The notes under the pieces were generated by a model. That model searched no databases. It had not been told where the DNA came from and was given only the letters and a program-made list of their open reading frames with translations. Positions 1 to 14,397 of a DNA stretch of 64,000 nt are shown piece by piece (position 1 is the stretch's first letter; each line of letters opens with the position of its first letter). Source of the stretch: Hypanus sabinus (taxonomy: Eukaryota). The stretch spans positions 106,268,001 through 106,332,000 of the forward strand of contig NC_082706.1 of NCBI RefSeq assembly GCF_030144855.1, read 5' to 3'. Both the position numbers and the translations under genes were made by a program.

Positions 1-979
1 GATGGGAAGATGTCTACTGGAGGTACGGAGGGTGTTGGATAGGGGAGAGAGGAAATGGGCAAGGGGAGACGGCTACCGAGGGGAGTTGTCGAATTACGAT
101 TGGTAAACATATCCTGCCATCTAGCGGCGTCACCTTGTTCCAGCTACCGTACAGATGCGAACACACGGGACCTCAGAAGGAGTAGACCACTTGACCCCAC
201 AAATCCACTCTGCCGATCACGGACGAATGCTCCACATCTCCCCGAGCCGACGATAAGCAACCGATTACTCGACCGTGGCCTTGTTCAGCCAGTTCTTACA
301 CTACCTCTCTTTGTCACATCTGCTCGATAGTAGCTCTCAGGGAAGAGGGAATAGTGAAAGGATGTGGAGGCTTTGCACTCGGTCAGTTTACTTTATAACA
401 TTATTTTATTTTATCGGAATATTTTAATATCGGTATATTATACACATCCGATCATATGTGCTAAACAGACAGATCCTAATCATACTCATTTACTGAATGC
501 CATTATCCTGCCGGAGCATTGGCCCTCGACATTGGCCAGTCTTTCAAGTTGTCCCAAGTGTAGCCCATATCATTGAGGACTGGTGATATACAGTATATTC
601 CATTTCTGGACATAATATAAATAGGAACATAAACGTTTGTGCTTCCTGCACCCTTTCGTCTATAGGAGTAGCGTAGCCGGGTGCATTTTGTTGATTTCCG
701 CACCCACAGTGAGACTTCGGGAGATTGAAGTTTTGGATGTTTGATAGGTGTCGGTCACAAGGATCACTTCCCCCTGGAGATAGAGAACTGCTGAAGCTGC
801 ACTATCCAGACAGGTAGAGAGCATTCCATCACACGTGTGTGCCCGAAGGCCTATTTCTGCTCTGTAAAACTCTCTATCATTCTCCCGGCAGAAATGCTTC
901 GGCACGTCGCAAATGACCCCTAACACCCGTGTAGGCAAGGTCATTAATCTGAAGCAATCTGACCCCAAACGTTAACCTT

Positions 980-1750
980 GTCTTAACACGAGGAATTCTG
1001 GAGATGCTGGAAATCCAAAGCAACACACACAAAATGCTGGAGGAACTCGCCAGGTCAGATGTCAGATAGAATCGATGGAAGTGAATAAACAGTCGAAGTT
1101 TCGGGCTGCGACCCTTCTTCACGACTGGAAAGGAAGGGGGAAGATGACAGAATAAAAAGATGGCAGGGGCGGAGGGGGGGGGGGAAGGGGACGGACGATA
1201 GTTAGAAGGTGGTAGGTGAAGCCAAGTGGTAGGAAGGGTAAAAGGCGGGAGAAAAAAGAATCTAATAGGAGAGTAGAGTAGGTCAGAGGAGACAGGGAAG
1301 GAGGAGGGGACCCAGGGTGAGGTTTTAGGCTGGTGAGAAGCGGTAAGAGATCAGAGTGGGAAATAGAAGTGGGGAGGGGGATAGAATATATATTTTTTAC
1401 CGGCAGAAGAGATCGATGTTTATGCCATCGGGTTGGAGGCTACCCAGACGGAATATAGGACGTTGCTCCTCCACTCTAAGGGTGGCCTCATCTTGGCACA
1501 AGAGGAAGTCATGGGCTGACCTGACAGAACTGCAGTGGAAATCAGAATTAAAATGTTTGGTCAGCCGCAAGTTCCGCTTTCGACAGATGGAGAGGAAGTG
1601 CTCGACGGAAGCGGTCCCCCAATTTACGACCAGACTCAGCAATGTAGAGGAGGCTGCATCGGGAGCACCGGACACAATAGACGACCCCAACAGATTCGCA
1701 GGTGAATGCTGCCTTATCTTTAAGGACTGTATCGAGGACTTCACACATTT
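980..1750 (-). mobile_element. Penelope-like element 3' fragment (GIY-YIG endonuclease remnant); related pieces near 4320-4760, 8400-8750, 22430-22800, 32200-32560 and 52145-52420
   Basis: ORF 1548-1748 FTCESVGVVYCVRCSRCSLLYIAESGRKLGDRF fits the Penelope GIY-YIG pattern; aacacacacaaaatgctggaggaactc terminal motif. Confidence 0.75.
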
Positions 1751-1769
1751 TATCGAAAGGACAAGCAAG

Positions 1770-4320
1770 TAGGCAGGGAGGTGGGTGCCTCTTTGGTGAA
1801 AACTGAAATCAAATCATTCGGTAGAGATGACATAGGATTGGAAATATGGAATCCTTCTGGATAGAGCTAAGAAACTACAAGAGTAAAAAGATACAGGTGG
1901 AAATATATACAGACATCCGAACTGTGGTGGGCTGCAAATTACAAAAGGCGATCGAAAAGGCATGTCAAAAAGGAAATGTCACAATAGTCACGGGGGATTT
2001 CAATATGCAGGTAGATTGGGAAAATCAAGTTGATGCTGGATCCCAAGGCTGGATATTTGAAGAATGCCTTCAAGATGTCTTTTCAGTGCAGCTCATAGTA
2101 GAGCTTACCAGGGAATCAGCTATTCTGGATTGGGTGTTGTGAAATGAATTGGAATTGCTTAGAGAGCTTAAGAGCCAGTTAGGAGCCAGTGCTCATAATA
2201 TGATAGACTTCATCCTACTTTTTAAATGGAAGAACCTTTGGAGTAAAGGGAATTACAGAGGCATGGGAGAGCAGCTGGCCAATGTTGATTGGAAGAGGAC
2301 ACAAGCAGTGATGATGGAAGAGCAGCAACGGCTGGAATTTCTGAGAGCAATTCAGAAGGCAAAGGATAGATAAATCCTAAAGAAGAATAAGGATCCCAAA
2401 GGCAGGAAGACACAACCGTGGCTGACAATGGAAGTCAAAGCCAACATAAAAGCCAAAGAGAAGCTATTTAATGGAACAAAAGTTTGTGGGAAGTTAGTAT
2501 TGGAAAGCTTTTAAAAACTAACAGAAAGCCACTAAAAAGTCATAAAGAGGGAAAAGATTGAATATAAAGGTAAGCTAACCAATGATGTTAAAGAGGATGC
2601 CAAAAGTTTCTTCAGATATATAAAGAGTAAATGAGAGCTGGGAGTAGATATTGACCTGCTGGAAAATTATGCTAAAGAGGTAGTAATGGGGTATAAGGAA
2701 ATGTTGGATGAATTGAATAAGTATTTTTCACCAGTCATCTATGTGGAAGACACTGACAGAATGCTGCAAGTGCAAAAGTGTCCTGGGGCAGAAGTGAGTG
2801 AAGTCACCATTACCAGGGAAAAGGTGCATAGGAAACTGAAAGGTCTGAAGGTAAATAAATCACCTGGTCGAAATAGTCTACACTCTAGGGTTCTGAAAGA
2901 GGTGGCTGAAGTCATTGTGGAGTCAATTATATTGACCTTTCAAGAATCAATAGGTCTTGACATAGTTCTGGAGGACTGTAAAATTGCAAAAGTCACTCCA
3001 CTCTTCAAAAGGAAGAGAAGCAGAAGAAAGGAAATTATAGGCCAGTTAGTTTAATCTCAGTGGTTGGGAAGTCATTGGAGTCAATTGTTAAGCGAGTGCT
3101 TTCGGGGTACTTGGAGGCATGTGATGAAATAGGCTGACATGAGGGTGGTTTCCTTAAGGGAAAGTCTTGCCTGAAAAAGCTGTTGGAATTCTTTGAAGAA
3201 ATAACAAGCAGGATAGACAAGGGAGAATCGATGGATGTAGTGTACTTGGATCTTCAGAAGGCCTTTGTCAAAGTGCTGCTCATCAGGCTACTTAACAAGT
3301 TAAAACCCAATGATATTATTGGAAAGATACTAGCATCGACAGAGCATTAGCTGATTTGCAGGAGTCAAAGAATGGGAATAAAAGGAACCTTTCCTGGTTG
3401 ACTTGTGGTGTTCTCCGTCAATGATTTTAATGATAGAATTGATGGCCGGTGGACAAGTTTGTGGTTCAAAGATAGGTGGATGGGTAGGCAGCATTGAGGA
3501 AGCAGGAAGGCTGCAGAATGACTTAGACAGATTAGAAGAATGGCAAAGAAATGGCAGATGGAATACAATATCAGAAATGTACAGTCATGCACTTTGGTAG
3601 AAGAAATAAAACCGTGGTCTATTTCCTAAATGAAGAGAAAATTCAAAAATCTGAGGCTCAGAGGGACTTAGGAGTCCTCGTGCAGGATTCCCTAAATGTT
3701 AATTTGCAGGTTGAGATGGTGGTGAGGAAGGCAAATGCAACATTAGCATTCATTCAAGGGGAGTAGAGTATAAAAACAAGGATGTATAGTTTGGGCTTTA
3801 TAAGACACTGGTAAGGCTTCACTAGGAAAATTGTGAGCAGTTTTGGGCCCCTTATCTAAGAAAAGATGTGCTGACATCAAAGGGGGTTCACAGGAGGTTC
3901 ACAAAGATTATTCTTGGAATGAAAGGGTTACCATACGAGGACTGATTGTTGGCTCTGGGCCTGTGTTCCCTGGAATTCAGAAAAATGAGGAGGGATCTTA
4001 CTGAAAACCTATCAAATGCTGAAAGCCTCAATAGAGTGGATGTGGATGAAGGGCAGTCCATTTAGAATGGAGATGAGGAGGAATTTATTTAACCAGAGAG
4101 TGATGAATCTGTAGAATTCATCGCTACATGTGTCTGTAGAGTCCAGGTCATCGGGCAGAGGTTGATATATTCTTGGTTAGTCAGGGCATGAAGGGTTATG
4201 GGGAGAAGGCAGGAGATTGGGGCTGAGAGGGAAATGGATCAGCCATGATGAAATGTCACAGCATAACTGATGGGCCAAATGGCCTAATTATCTCCTATAT
4301 ATTATGGTCATATGGACTGA
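1770..4320 (+). mobile_element. Decayed CR1-type LINE ORF2 (endonuclease and RT fragments, 3' tail)
   Basis: ESFWIELRN...GDFNMQVDW, KSPGRNSLHSRVLKE, CTVMHFGRRN motifs broken by frameshifts. Confidence 0.85.
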
Positions 4321-4993
4321 ATGGAGGTGAGGGAGGAAGTGAATGGGCAGGTGACCACTTTGGCCACTTGCAGGGAGGGAGATTAGTGGGGAGGGATGAA
4401 TGGACAAAGAAACCATGGAGGGGGTGATCACTGTGGAAAGTGGAGAATGCTGGGGGGTGGGGTTGGTGGAAAGGTAAAAATATGTTTGGTGTTGGATCAT
4501 TTAGGAGATAGTGGAAGTTATGGAGAATGGTGTGTTGGATGTGGAGGCTCATGGGTTGGTAGGTAAGAACAAGAAGAACTCTACCATTGTTTAGGCAAAG
4601 GGAAGATGGGGTGAGCACGGGGTGGAAATTGAGGAGATGCAGGTGACGATAGCATTGGTGTTGGAGGAAGGGAAACCCCATTTCTCTGCCTAAGACTTCC
4701 ACTGTTTTTTTTCCATTTCCAGAGATGCTGCCTGACCTGCTGAGTTACTCCAGCATTTTGTGTGTGTTGCTTCTGTGCATCTTTCCTGAGCAGCATATTG
4801 TTTTTGATTTAAAACAGAGCTTCTCATCTCCTGGTGTTGGATTACAATGTGTAATTGTTATTTCTTTGCAGTTTAACTCTCTTATACCGGCTAGTATTTT
4901 ACATAATTCCCTATTATTATGTAATTGTACAGTGTGTTTCCTAGTGGTTACATTTGTTTGTATTGTTTTGGAATCATGCTGGCTCACCATCTT

Positions 4994-6925
4994 AAACATA
5001 GAAACATGGAAACCTACAGCACAATACAGGCCCTTCGGCCTGCAAGGTTGTGCCGAACATGTCCCTACCTAGAAATTACTAGGCTTACCTATAGCGCTCT
5101 ATTTTTCTAAGCTCCATGTACCTATCCAAAAGTCTCTTAAAAGTTCCTATTGTATCTGCCTTCACCACCTTTGCTGGCAGCCCATTCCATTCACCGCTCT
5201 CTGAGTAAAAAACCTACCCCTGACATCTCCTCTGTACCTACTCCCCAGCACCTTAAACCTACGTCCTCTTGTGGCAACCATTTAAAGCCCTTGGAAAAAG
5301 CCTCTGACTAACCACACGATCAATGCCTCTCAACATCTTATACACTTCTATCAGGTCACACCTCATCCTCCATCACTCCAAGGAGAAAAGGCCGAGTTCA
5401 CTCAACCTATCCTCATAAGACATGCTCCCCAATCCAGGCAACATCCTTGTGAATTTCCCCTGCAGCCTTTCAATGGCTTCCACATCCTTCCTGTAGTGAG
5501 GTGATCAGAAATGAGCACAGTGCTCCAACTGGGGTCTGACCAGGGTCCTATATAGCTGCAACACCACCTCTCAACTCCTAAATTCAATTCCACAATTGAT
5601 GAAGGCCAATAAACCATACACCTTCTTAACCACTGAATCAACCTGCGCAGCTTCTTTGAGCGTCCTATGGACTCGGATCCCAAGATCCCTCTGATCCTCT
5701 ATACTATCAAGAGTCTTGCCATTAATACCATATTCTACCATCATATTTGACCTACCAAAATGAACCACTTCACATTTATCTGCGTTGAACTCCATCTGCC
5801 ACTTCTCAGCCCAGGTTTGCATCCTATCAATGTCCCGCTGTAACCTTTGACAGCCCTCCACACTATCCACAACACATCCAACCTTAGTGTCATCAGCAAA
5901 CTTACTAACTCATCCCTCCACTTCCTCATCCAGGTCATTTATAAAATTCACGAAGAGTAAGGGTCCCAGAACAGATCCCTGAGGCACTCCACTGGTGACT
6001 GACCTCCATGTAGAATATGACCCATCTACACCCACTCTTTGCCTTCTGTGGGCAAGCCAGTTCTTGATCCACAAAGCAATGTCCCCTTGGATCCCATGCC
6101 TCCTTACTTTCACAATTAGCCTTGCAAGGGGTACCTTATCAAATGCCTTGCTAAAATCCATATACACTACATCTACTGCTCTTCCTTCATCAATATGTTT
6201 AGTCACATTCTCTAAAAGTTCAATTAGGCTTGTAAGGCACGACCTGCCCTTGACAAAGTTGTGCTGACTAGTATTAATCATATTATACCTCCTGAAATGT
6301 TCATAAATCCTGCCTCTCAGGATCTTCATCAACTTACCATCCCCTGAGGTAACACTCACTGGTCTATAATTACCTGGGCTATCTCCACTCCCTTTCTTGA
6401 ATAAAGGAACGACATCCGCAACCTTCCAATCCTCCAGAACCTCTCCCATTCTCATTGATGATGCAAAGATCATAGCCAGAGGCTCAGCAATCTCCTCCCT
6501 CGCCTCCCACAGTAGCCTGGGGTACATCTCATCCTGTCCCGGTGACTTATCCAACTTGATGCTTTCCAAAAGCTCCAGCACAGCCTCTTTCTTAATATCT
6601 ACATGCTCAAGCTTTTCAATCTGCTGCCAGTCATCACTATTATCACCAAGAGCCTTTTCCATAGTGAATACTTAAGTAAAGTATTCATTAAGTACCTCTG
6701 CTATTTCCTCTGGTTCCATAAACACTTCCCCACTGTCACATTTGATTGGTCCTATTCTTTCACATCTTACCCTCCTGCCCTTCACATACTGGCAGAATGC
6801 CTTGGGATTTTCCTGCCCACCAAGGCCTTCTCATGGCCCCTTCTGGCTCTCCTAATTTAAGCTTCCTTTTAACCTTTTAATCTTCTAGATCTCTATCATT
6901 ACCTACCTCTCTGAGCTTATCTTAT
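4994..6925 (-). mobile_element. 5'-truncated CR1 LINE (RT and 3' tail); the paralogous site near 52645 is empty
   Basis: ORF 5910-6662 has [27 protein letters not shown] and [13 protein letters not shown]; (catagaaa)-type tail at ~4995-5040. Confidence 0.9.
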
Positions 6926-9529
6926 TTCCCTTCTCTTTCTTCTTTGTTTTTCGACTTCTGCTGCTCTCCCTTTCCAATTCCTTTATTCTCCTGGAGCTTA
7001 TTGCAATGATCATGGAGCCACATGTTTTATGCCTTGTTTCTGACTTCTGAAAGAGCCTTGGATCATAAACATTAGAATCCAACACTGCTGTCTCTCCACC
7101 AATACTGAACATTTTAAGGCTGTGCGTTTTATTGACATTCGATGAAGGAGAAGTAAAATAAAAGAAAAGTCATGAACAGTGATCCTAGTAAATAAGAACA
7201 TTAGAATGTTAAATGTTTAATGTTAAACTTTATTTCACCACATGTATTAAGAATTTGCTGTGGTGTGTTGGTCAGGGTACAACATGCAACACAAAACAAC
7301 ACAATTTAATAATTATAAAAAATTAAGTTAGAAGTTAAAGGACGGATATGGAATAAACTGTGCCCAAATACATTGTGTACATACCAACATGCATTTACGA
7401 TGTAAGCATCATTATAAAAATGGTTTACAGTATCTACAGTGCAGTGATTGGTTAAGTACAACAGTTGATCCGATTAACAGCCTGGGTGAAGAAACTTTTA
7501 AGATGATGTGAAGTGTTTGTTGTTTAGCCCCATAGTGCTGTCCAGAAGCGAGCTTGTGGAAGGAACCATTAGCAAATGTGCTTGTCTGTGGAGGGTTTGA
7601 ACCCTTTCTGTTTTGGTCAGTCTGCATTGAGTGAGGGGGAAAACTATGGCAAATGAATGTGGAGAGAATAAGATCAGGAGCTTCATTAAGAGCAATCAAA
7701 AATAGATTATTGTCTAAATAGAGAGATACTGCAAACGAGTGAAGTACAGAGGGACTGAGATGTTTATGTTCATGTACTGCAAAACATTATGAAGCAGTCG
7801 TATTGCAGAATCTTACCATAAAGTCAAGAAAGCAAATTACATTTTATAAGGGAGGTCTTGTTGCAGTTGTCCAGGGCCTGGAATACTTTGCATGTTTTTT
7901 GCCCCCTTACCTGCAAAAGGATGTAGTATGAAGGAGATCCAGAGGGGTTTCAACCTCCATTCCTCCCTCCAACCATGTATATACATTCTTTGAATTCCAG
8001 GACTCTCCATATTCTTCAGCCTCCAGTCTCCAGAAGACTCAGAATCAGATTCGGATGCATAGACATCGGGCCTTTGACCCAAGTGATCACCCAGAGATTT
8101 ACATATTCAGGACTCCAGCTAATGGGCTTTGACTCCAGGCTTTCGATTCGACCCTTGAGCTTTGATTCTCAGTATCAATAACAGATGTAATTAAGTTATA
8201 GATAGATACATATTTCAAAGACCAAGAAGTTGTGAGTAATTGGGAATTGACAGAGAAGTGGAGTTGAGACCAACACTTGGGTCAAAACAGATATTCATTC
8301 AACACAGGGGAAGAAGGATAGCTCGAAGATGGTAGTTGAAGGCATATTGAGGTTTTTGATGTAAAGAGCCTTTACTTCACAATGTCATCATGTCACCACT
8401 CTGTCTCCCCTTTACTTATTCTCTTCTCCTGACCTACCTATCACCTACCCCAGGTGCCCCTTTATCTTCCTTCTGTCCTTCCTACCTCTCAGATTCCTTC
8501 CTTTCTAGCCTTCATCTTCCCGCCCACCTGCTTTCACCTATCACCTTCTAGCAATCCTTCTTCCAGCACCCTGCACCTTCACCTTTAAATTGTGGCATTT
8601 TCCTTCTCCCTTTGCAGTCCTGAAGAAGGGTGTTGACTCAAAATATTGACTGTTTATTCATTTGCACAAATGCTGCCTGACCTGCTGAGTACCTCCAGCA
8701 TTTTGTGTGTGTTGCTTTGGATATCCAGCATCCACAGAATTTCTTGTGGTCCTCATTTCATAGAGGTGCTTACTAAGAGAAAAGATGCTGACACACACTG
8801 GTTTAAGTCAGGATGGCAGGAGCAAAGGGCAGGGGGAATATTTATTGGAAGGACATTCTGGAAAGGCAGGGAATGCTGGAAGTGGATAAGACACCTGGTC
8901 CAGATGGCTTGCATCCAGAATTACTGAGGAAAGTTGGGTCAGACAATACAGAGAGTTGTGATCATCTTCCATTTCCCCAGGGTAAGGGGGCCAGAGGAAC
9001 ATGACAGCTCTGTTTAGGAAAAAGTTGATGCATATTCTGAGAAACCATTGACCAATCAGTCTGATAGGAACATCAGTAAAATTTTGAAATCAAGTTAATT
9101 GAAGTAAATCAACAGGCACTTAGAGAGGATAACTCAGGAGAGCAAGCATGGGCTTGTAAAATGCAAATTGGATTTCATGAATATAATTATATTTTTTAAT
9201 AAAGTAATAGAAAAGCTGATGTAAGTCCATTGAACTAAAAAGTTAGCCCTGTCTCTCTGCGCTAATATAATCTAATCAGCTGAATTGTTCTCACAACTTT
9301 GAGCAGAGGTCAATCATCATGAGAAGACAAAGCTCACTTGGGTTCGCCAATTGAGTATATAAGGCATCGATTCATGGCAGTTTGGTTTTTGAACAGTGGC
9401 AATCAGCAATCAAGATTGATTGGGAAGAACAAATTAAAAGCAAGTCAAAACCAAGCAGAGTGGCTATTACTGGTGTGGACAGTGTTATTTGAGGCTTTAG
9501 CTCTTAGAGGCTTGAGTGAGAAAAGGTGA

Positions 9530-11080
9530 AAAAGCTGTAGGTAGATTTTATTTTCGGATTATCTAGAGTTTCCTTCTTTATATTTACACAGCTAGAACAG
9601 TAATGATGCCATGTGGGATGGTTGAGTGCTCCTGTTGCGGGATGTGGGAAGGCAGGGAGACCTCCACTGTCTGTGATGACTTCACCAGTGAGAAGTGCAT
9701 CCAGCTGCACCATGGAACACTCTACATTCAGGAGTTGGAGCTGGAACTGTGATGATAGGGGATTTATTTGTTCAGGGAAAATAAAGGAAGTTCTGTAGAT
9801 GAGAACAATATTCACATGTACTATGTTGCATCCTGGGTGCCAAGGTCTGCGACATCTCAAATTGGGTCCTCAGCATTCTTAAACGGGAGGGCGAGCAGCG
9901 AGAGGCTGTGGTCCATATGGATACCAATGACATAAGTAGGAAGATTGAAGAGGTTCTGGAAAGGTATTTCAGGGCAATGGGTGCGAAGTTAAAGGACAGT
10001 ACCTCGAGGCATGTAATCTCAGGATTGCTACCCATGCCACATGTGTTAGTGAGGCCAGGAATAGAAGGATAACACAGTTTAACACATGGCTAATGACTTA
10101 GTGTAGTTGGCAGGGTGTCAGAATTTGGTTTGTTGGGCTCTCTTCCAGGGAATGTGGGATTTGTACCTCAGAGATTAATACCCTCCCAGGAAGGTTTGCT
10201 AGTGCAGCATGGTTGGGGGAGTGGGTGGAGGGGTGTGTGTGTTCAAGCTAGAGTTTCAGGGGGATGGGAACCAGAGTACCAGAACAGATAGTGGAGAGCT
10301 TGTGGAGACAGATGTTGTTAAGATCTCAGACAATTTCAGGAATCAAAAGGTTGGGCATGGTGTAGCTAATGTTCTGAACTGCATATAGTTCAATGCAAGA
10401 AATACTATAGGAAAGGCTGATGAGTTCAGGGCATGGATCAACGCATGGAATCATGATATAGTAGCCATTAGTGAGACTTGGTTGGAGGAGAGGCTGGACT
10501 GGCAGCTCAATATTCTGGTTCCTGTTGTTTTAGATGCAGCAGAGCAGGAGGGATTAAAGGAGGAGGGGTGGTGTTACTGGAAACGGAAATCACACAGCTC
10601 TGCTCAGTCAGGGGCAGACGGGAGAACTTGTCAGGTGAAGCTTTATGGGTGGTACTGTGGAATAAAAATGTATGGGCAGGTTAATGGGGCTATATTATAG
10701 ACCACCCAGCAGTACGCAGGATTTAGAGAACAAATCTGTAGAGAGGTTACAGAATGATGAAAGAAACATTAATTGTAGGTTACTTTAACTTTCCACTATT
10801 GAACTGGGATTCCCATACTCGAAAAGGAAGGGATGGGATAGAATTTGCCAAATGTGTTCAGGAAAGTTTCTGAATCAGTACATAGAATTCCCAGTGAGAG
10901 GTTGTGCAGTATTTGATCTTCTTTTTAGGAATAGCACAGGGCAGGTGACAGAAGTTTGTGTTGGGGAACACTTTTGACCTGGTGATCACAATGTCATTCA
11001 TTTCAAAGAAAGTATGCAAAAAGATAGATCTAGACTGTAGGTTGATAATCTGAATTGGAGAAAGGCTAATTTTAATTATC
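9530..11080 (+). mobile_element. Decayed CR1 LINE ORF1 (esterase-like) and endonuclease remnant; paralogous copies at 19600-21950(-), 33065-34550(+) and 53600-56650(+)
   Basis: PGAKVCDI / VHMDTND motifs and a NARNTIGK / ISETWL-like start of the endonuclease. Confidence 0.7.
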
Positions 11081-11987
11081 AGGATGTTGTCAGGACAATA
11101 GATTAGGAAAAGAAAACGGAAAAAATCACTGGTTTGGAAGTCATTCAATGGCAAAAGGTTTAAATGCACAGGCACTTATATTCACTTCTCCAGATTTCCT
11201 CGACACACCAGGGCACAAGGAAATGGGATTGGAAGAGGAGAAGAAGGATGTGGTATTCAGGCCCAGAGTGCTGCCCCAACATTCAATATGATCATTGCTA
11301 ACATGCCCCAGGCCTCAGCATCTCCTCCATATGAGATCATCATGGCCCTCAGTTGTCCGATTCGTACATTTGTCATACTGCACTGATACAAACCGTTCAG
11401 CCCTACTCGTCCAAACTTCTAACGGCCAATGGGAGGGAAGCAAATTTATTGTTTCAGGTGGAAATTTCAGACAAGTAACTATCAACCTTCAATGGCCCAG
11501 GGTCCAGAAATACATTGAGATTCCAAAGAATTGCTTCTCCCTGCCAGAAGTTGTAAATGACTCCCATTTCTGTCTTATTGAAACTTTGTCTTCTGAGCAG
11601 TAAGAGATCGTGATATCAATGAACGAGATATTTGAAGTGGATGGAAACGTTGTCTGGGTGCGGGTCCGCATTCCATCAGGGAGAATTTTGGCAACTCTGT
11701 GGACATTGTGAGGGATCATTGACAGCAATGGTGCAGAGGTAGGAAATCAGCGGAGAGGGTGAAACAGGGCGAGAGGAAACGCAAGCATTCTATCAGGGAC
11801 ATGTTAGAGAGAACTCCTCCAAACCGAATGCGTTCCGCACTCTGTACTACTGAGTGACATAGTGAAACCGCAGGCGTCATTACTTCATTCGGAGTTTGAG
11901 ATTTGGTGTGTCAGTAGAGACTCCTGCAATAGTTTTACAGATACACCACGGAGAATATGCAGCTTGTATCGATCCTGTAACGCAAGG

Positions 11988-13550
11988 GACAGACAGACAG
12001 ACATACTTTATTGATCCTGAGGGAAATTGGGTTTTGTTACAGTTGCACCAACCAAGAATAGTGTAGAAATATAGCAATATAAAACTATAAATAATTAAAT
12101 AATAATAAGTAAATTATTCTAATTGGAAATATGTGCAGGACCAGCCTATTGGCTCAGGGTGTCTGACACTCCGAAGGAGGAGTTGTAAAGTTTGATGGCC
12201 ACAGGCAGGAATGACTTCTTATGAAGCTCAGTGTTGCTTCTCGGTGGAATGAGTCTCTGGCTGAATGTACTCCTGTGCCTAACCAGTACATTATGGAGTG
12301 GATGGGAGATTGTCCAAGATTGTCTTGGAGTGGATTGTCCAAGATGGCATGCAACTTGTTCAGCATCCTGTTTTCAGACACCACTGTCAGAGAGTTTGGT
12401 TCCACCCCAACAACATCACTGGCCTTACGAATGAGTTTGTTGATTCTGTTGGTGTCTGCTACCCACAGCCTGCTGCCCCAGCACAGAACAGCAAACATGA
12501 TAGCACTGGCCACCACAGCCTCATAGAACATCCTCAACATCGTCCGGCAGATGTTAAAGGACCTCAGTCTCCTCAGGAAGTAGAGACGGCTCTGATCCTT
12601 CTTGTAGACAGCCTCAGTGTTCTTTGACCAGTCCAGTTTATTGTCAATTCATATCCCCAAGTATTTGTAATCCTCCACCATGTCCACACTGACCTCCTGG
12701 ATGGAAACAGGGGTCACTGGTGCCTTAGCCCTCCTCAGGTCCACCACCAGCTCCTTAGTCTTTTTCACATTAAGCTGCAGATGATTCTGCTCGCACCATG
12801 TGACAAAGTTTTCCACCGTAGCCCTGTACTCAGTCTGATCTCCCTTGCTGATGCATCCAACTATGGCAGAGTCATCAGAAAACTTCTGAAGATGGCAAGA
12901 CTCTGTGCAGTAGTTGAAGTCTGAGGTGTAGCTGGTGAAGAGAAAGGGAGACAGGACAGTCACCTGTGGAGCCCCTGTGCTGCTGACCACTCTGTCTGAC
13001 ACAGTATTGCAAGCACACGTACTGTGGTCTGCCAGTCAGGTAATCAATAATCCATGACACCAGGGAAGCATCCACCTGCATCACTGTCAGCTTCTCACCC
13101 AGCAGAGCAGGGTGGATGGTGTTGAATGCACTGGAGAAGTCAAAAAACATGACCCTCCCAGTGCTCGCCAGCTTGTCCAGGTGCGTGTAGACATGATTCA
13201 GCAGGTAGACGATGGCATCCTCAACTCTTAGTCAGGGCTGATAGGCAAACTGGAGGGGGTCTAAGTGTGACCTAACCATAGGCCGGAGCTGCTCTAGAAC
13301 AAGTCTGTCCACTGTCTTCATGATGTGGGAGGTCAATGCCACCTGTCTGTAGTCATTGGAGCCACTGGGGCACGGCATCTTCGGTACAGGGACGAGGCAG
13401 GACGTCTTCCACAGAACAGGAACCCTCTGGAGACTCAGGCTCCGGTTGAAGACATGGTGAAGTACTCCACATAGCTGGGGGGCACAGGCTTTGAGCACCC
13501 TGGGGCTGACACCATGCGGGCCTGCAGCCTTGCTTGGGTGGAGACGTTTC
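11988..13550 (-). mobile_element. 5'-truncated Rex1/Babar-type LINE (RT) with a (TGTC)n tail, present only in unit A
   Basis: KAAGPHGVSPRVLKAC, DYRQVALTSHIMKT, LDPLQFAYQP, FFDFSSAFNTI and LQKFSDDSAIVGCI motifs; cagacagacagac tail at ~11989; empty site at ~35430 and ~18715. Confidence 0.85.
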
Positions 13551-14237
13551 AGGGTTGTCGACTCAACCAGCTCCTTCACGGCACAACCAGCTCCGCCATC
13601 GCGGACATTGCAAGAGGCAGTGCTTCAAGAAGGCGGCATCCATTATTAAAGACCCTCACCATCCGGGACACCATACGAGTCCAAAGACCAACACTCAACA
13701 TTGTAACAACCGTTTATTCCCCTCCGCCATCAGATCTCCGAAAGGCCCATGAAGACAATCATCTTGTTTTCATTTATTAGCTTTGTAACTGACACTAATA
13801 TTTCTGTCTTGCACTGTACTACTGTCGCAAAGCAACACATTTCGCGACTTACGTCAGTGGTAATAAGCCTGATTCTCATTCTGATTCACCAACAGGGCGC
13901 AGAGCGGAACAAACATTGTCATGAAGGCGGCGCTCGGGATCCAGTGACCACGCAAAAGAGAAAGTTGAGGGATTGACACTGAGCGGTTTCGACAAGAGAT
14001 AGAAGGGCTTTGCTGACAGTGAGGATCGAGGAGGTGGAATGAGATTAGGATCTGCGCCGCTGTACTAATATTGCCCGGATTGCTGAGAGTTTCAACAATA
14101 TTCTGGTCTTGTTTAGGTTAAAGATCAGTTTTGATCGGAACCAAATTATGGAAACGGGACCAAGGGGCCGAGTGGCATTGTGGGATATTCAAGTAAACTT
14201 CTCGAAATTATGAAAGGACAACATAAACCGGGGCATG

Positions 14238-14246
14238 CCCCGCCCC
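14238..14246. promoter_or_regulatory. GC box (Sp/KLF-type) in the V1 promoter; equivalents at 18023-18031, 36120-36128 and 58806-58814
   Basis: CCCCGCCCC ~150-170 bp upstream of the ATG in all four V1 copies. Confidence 0.45.
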
Positions 14247-14397
14247 TGACACCCGTCCCCGAAGAAAGGCGGCGCTACTAGTAAAGAAGTGATTTGGACA
14301 CGGCGGGGTAGGAGCTGAGGCGGGTTCAGCCCCGACAACAAAAGCTGATAAACTGCGCTTCCTTTCAGATTCCAAACACTGATCCGGCGCAACAAGC

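Noticed and set aside
296-773. Possible relic V on the minus strand: SISR..AEIN, (W>stop)YG..GQLERL and PESYYRA in one frame, then GACAAAG-23-AACAAGGCC
   Set aside because: Motif spacing is far too long (39 and 82 codons against ~15 and ~54), both Cys are missing, there are many stops, and the acceptor phase is wrong. A V-set profile-HMM hit would be needed to revive it.
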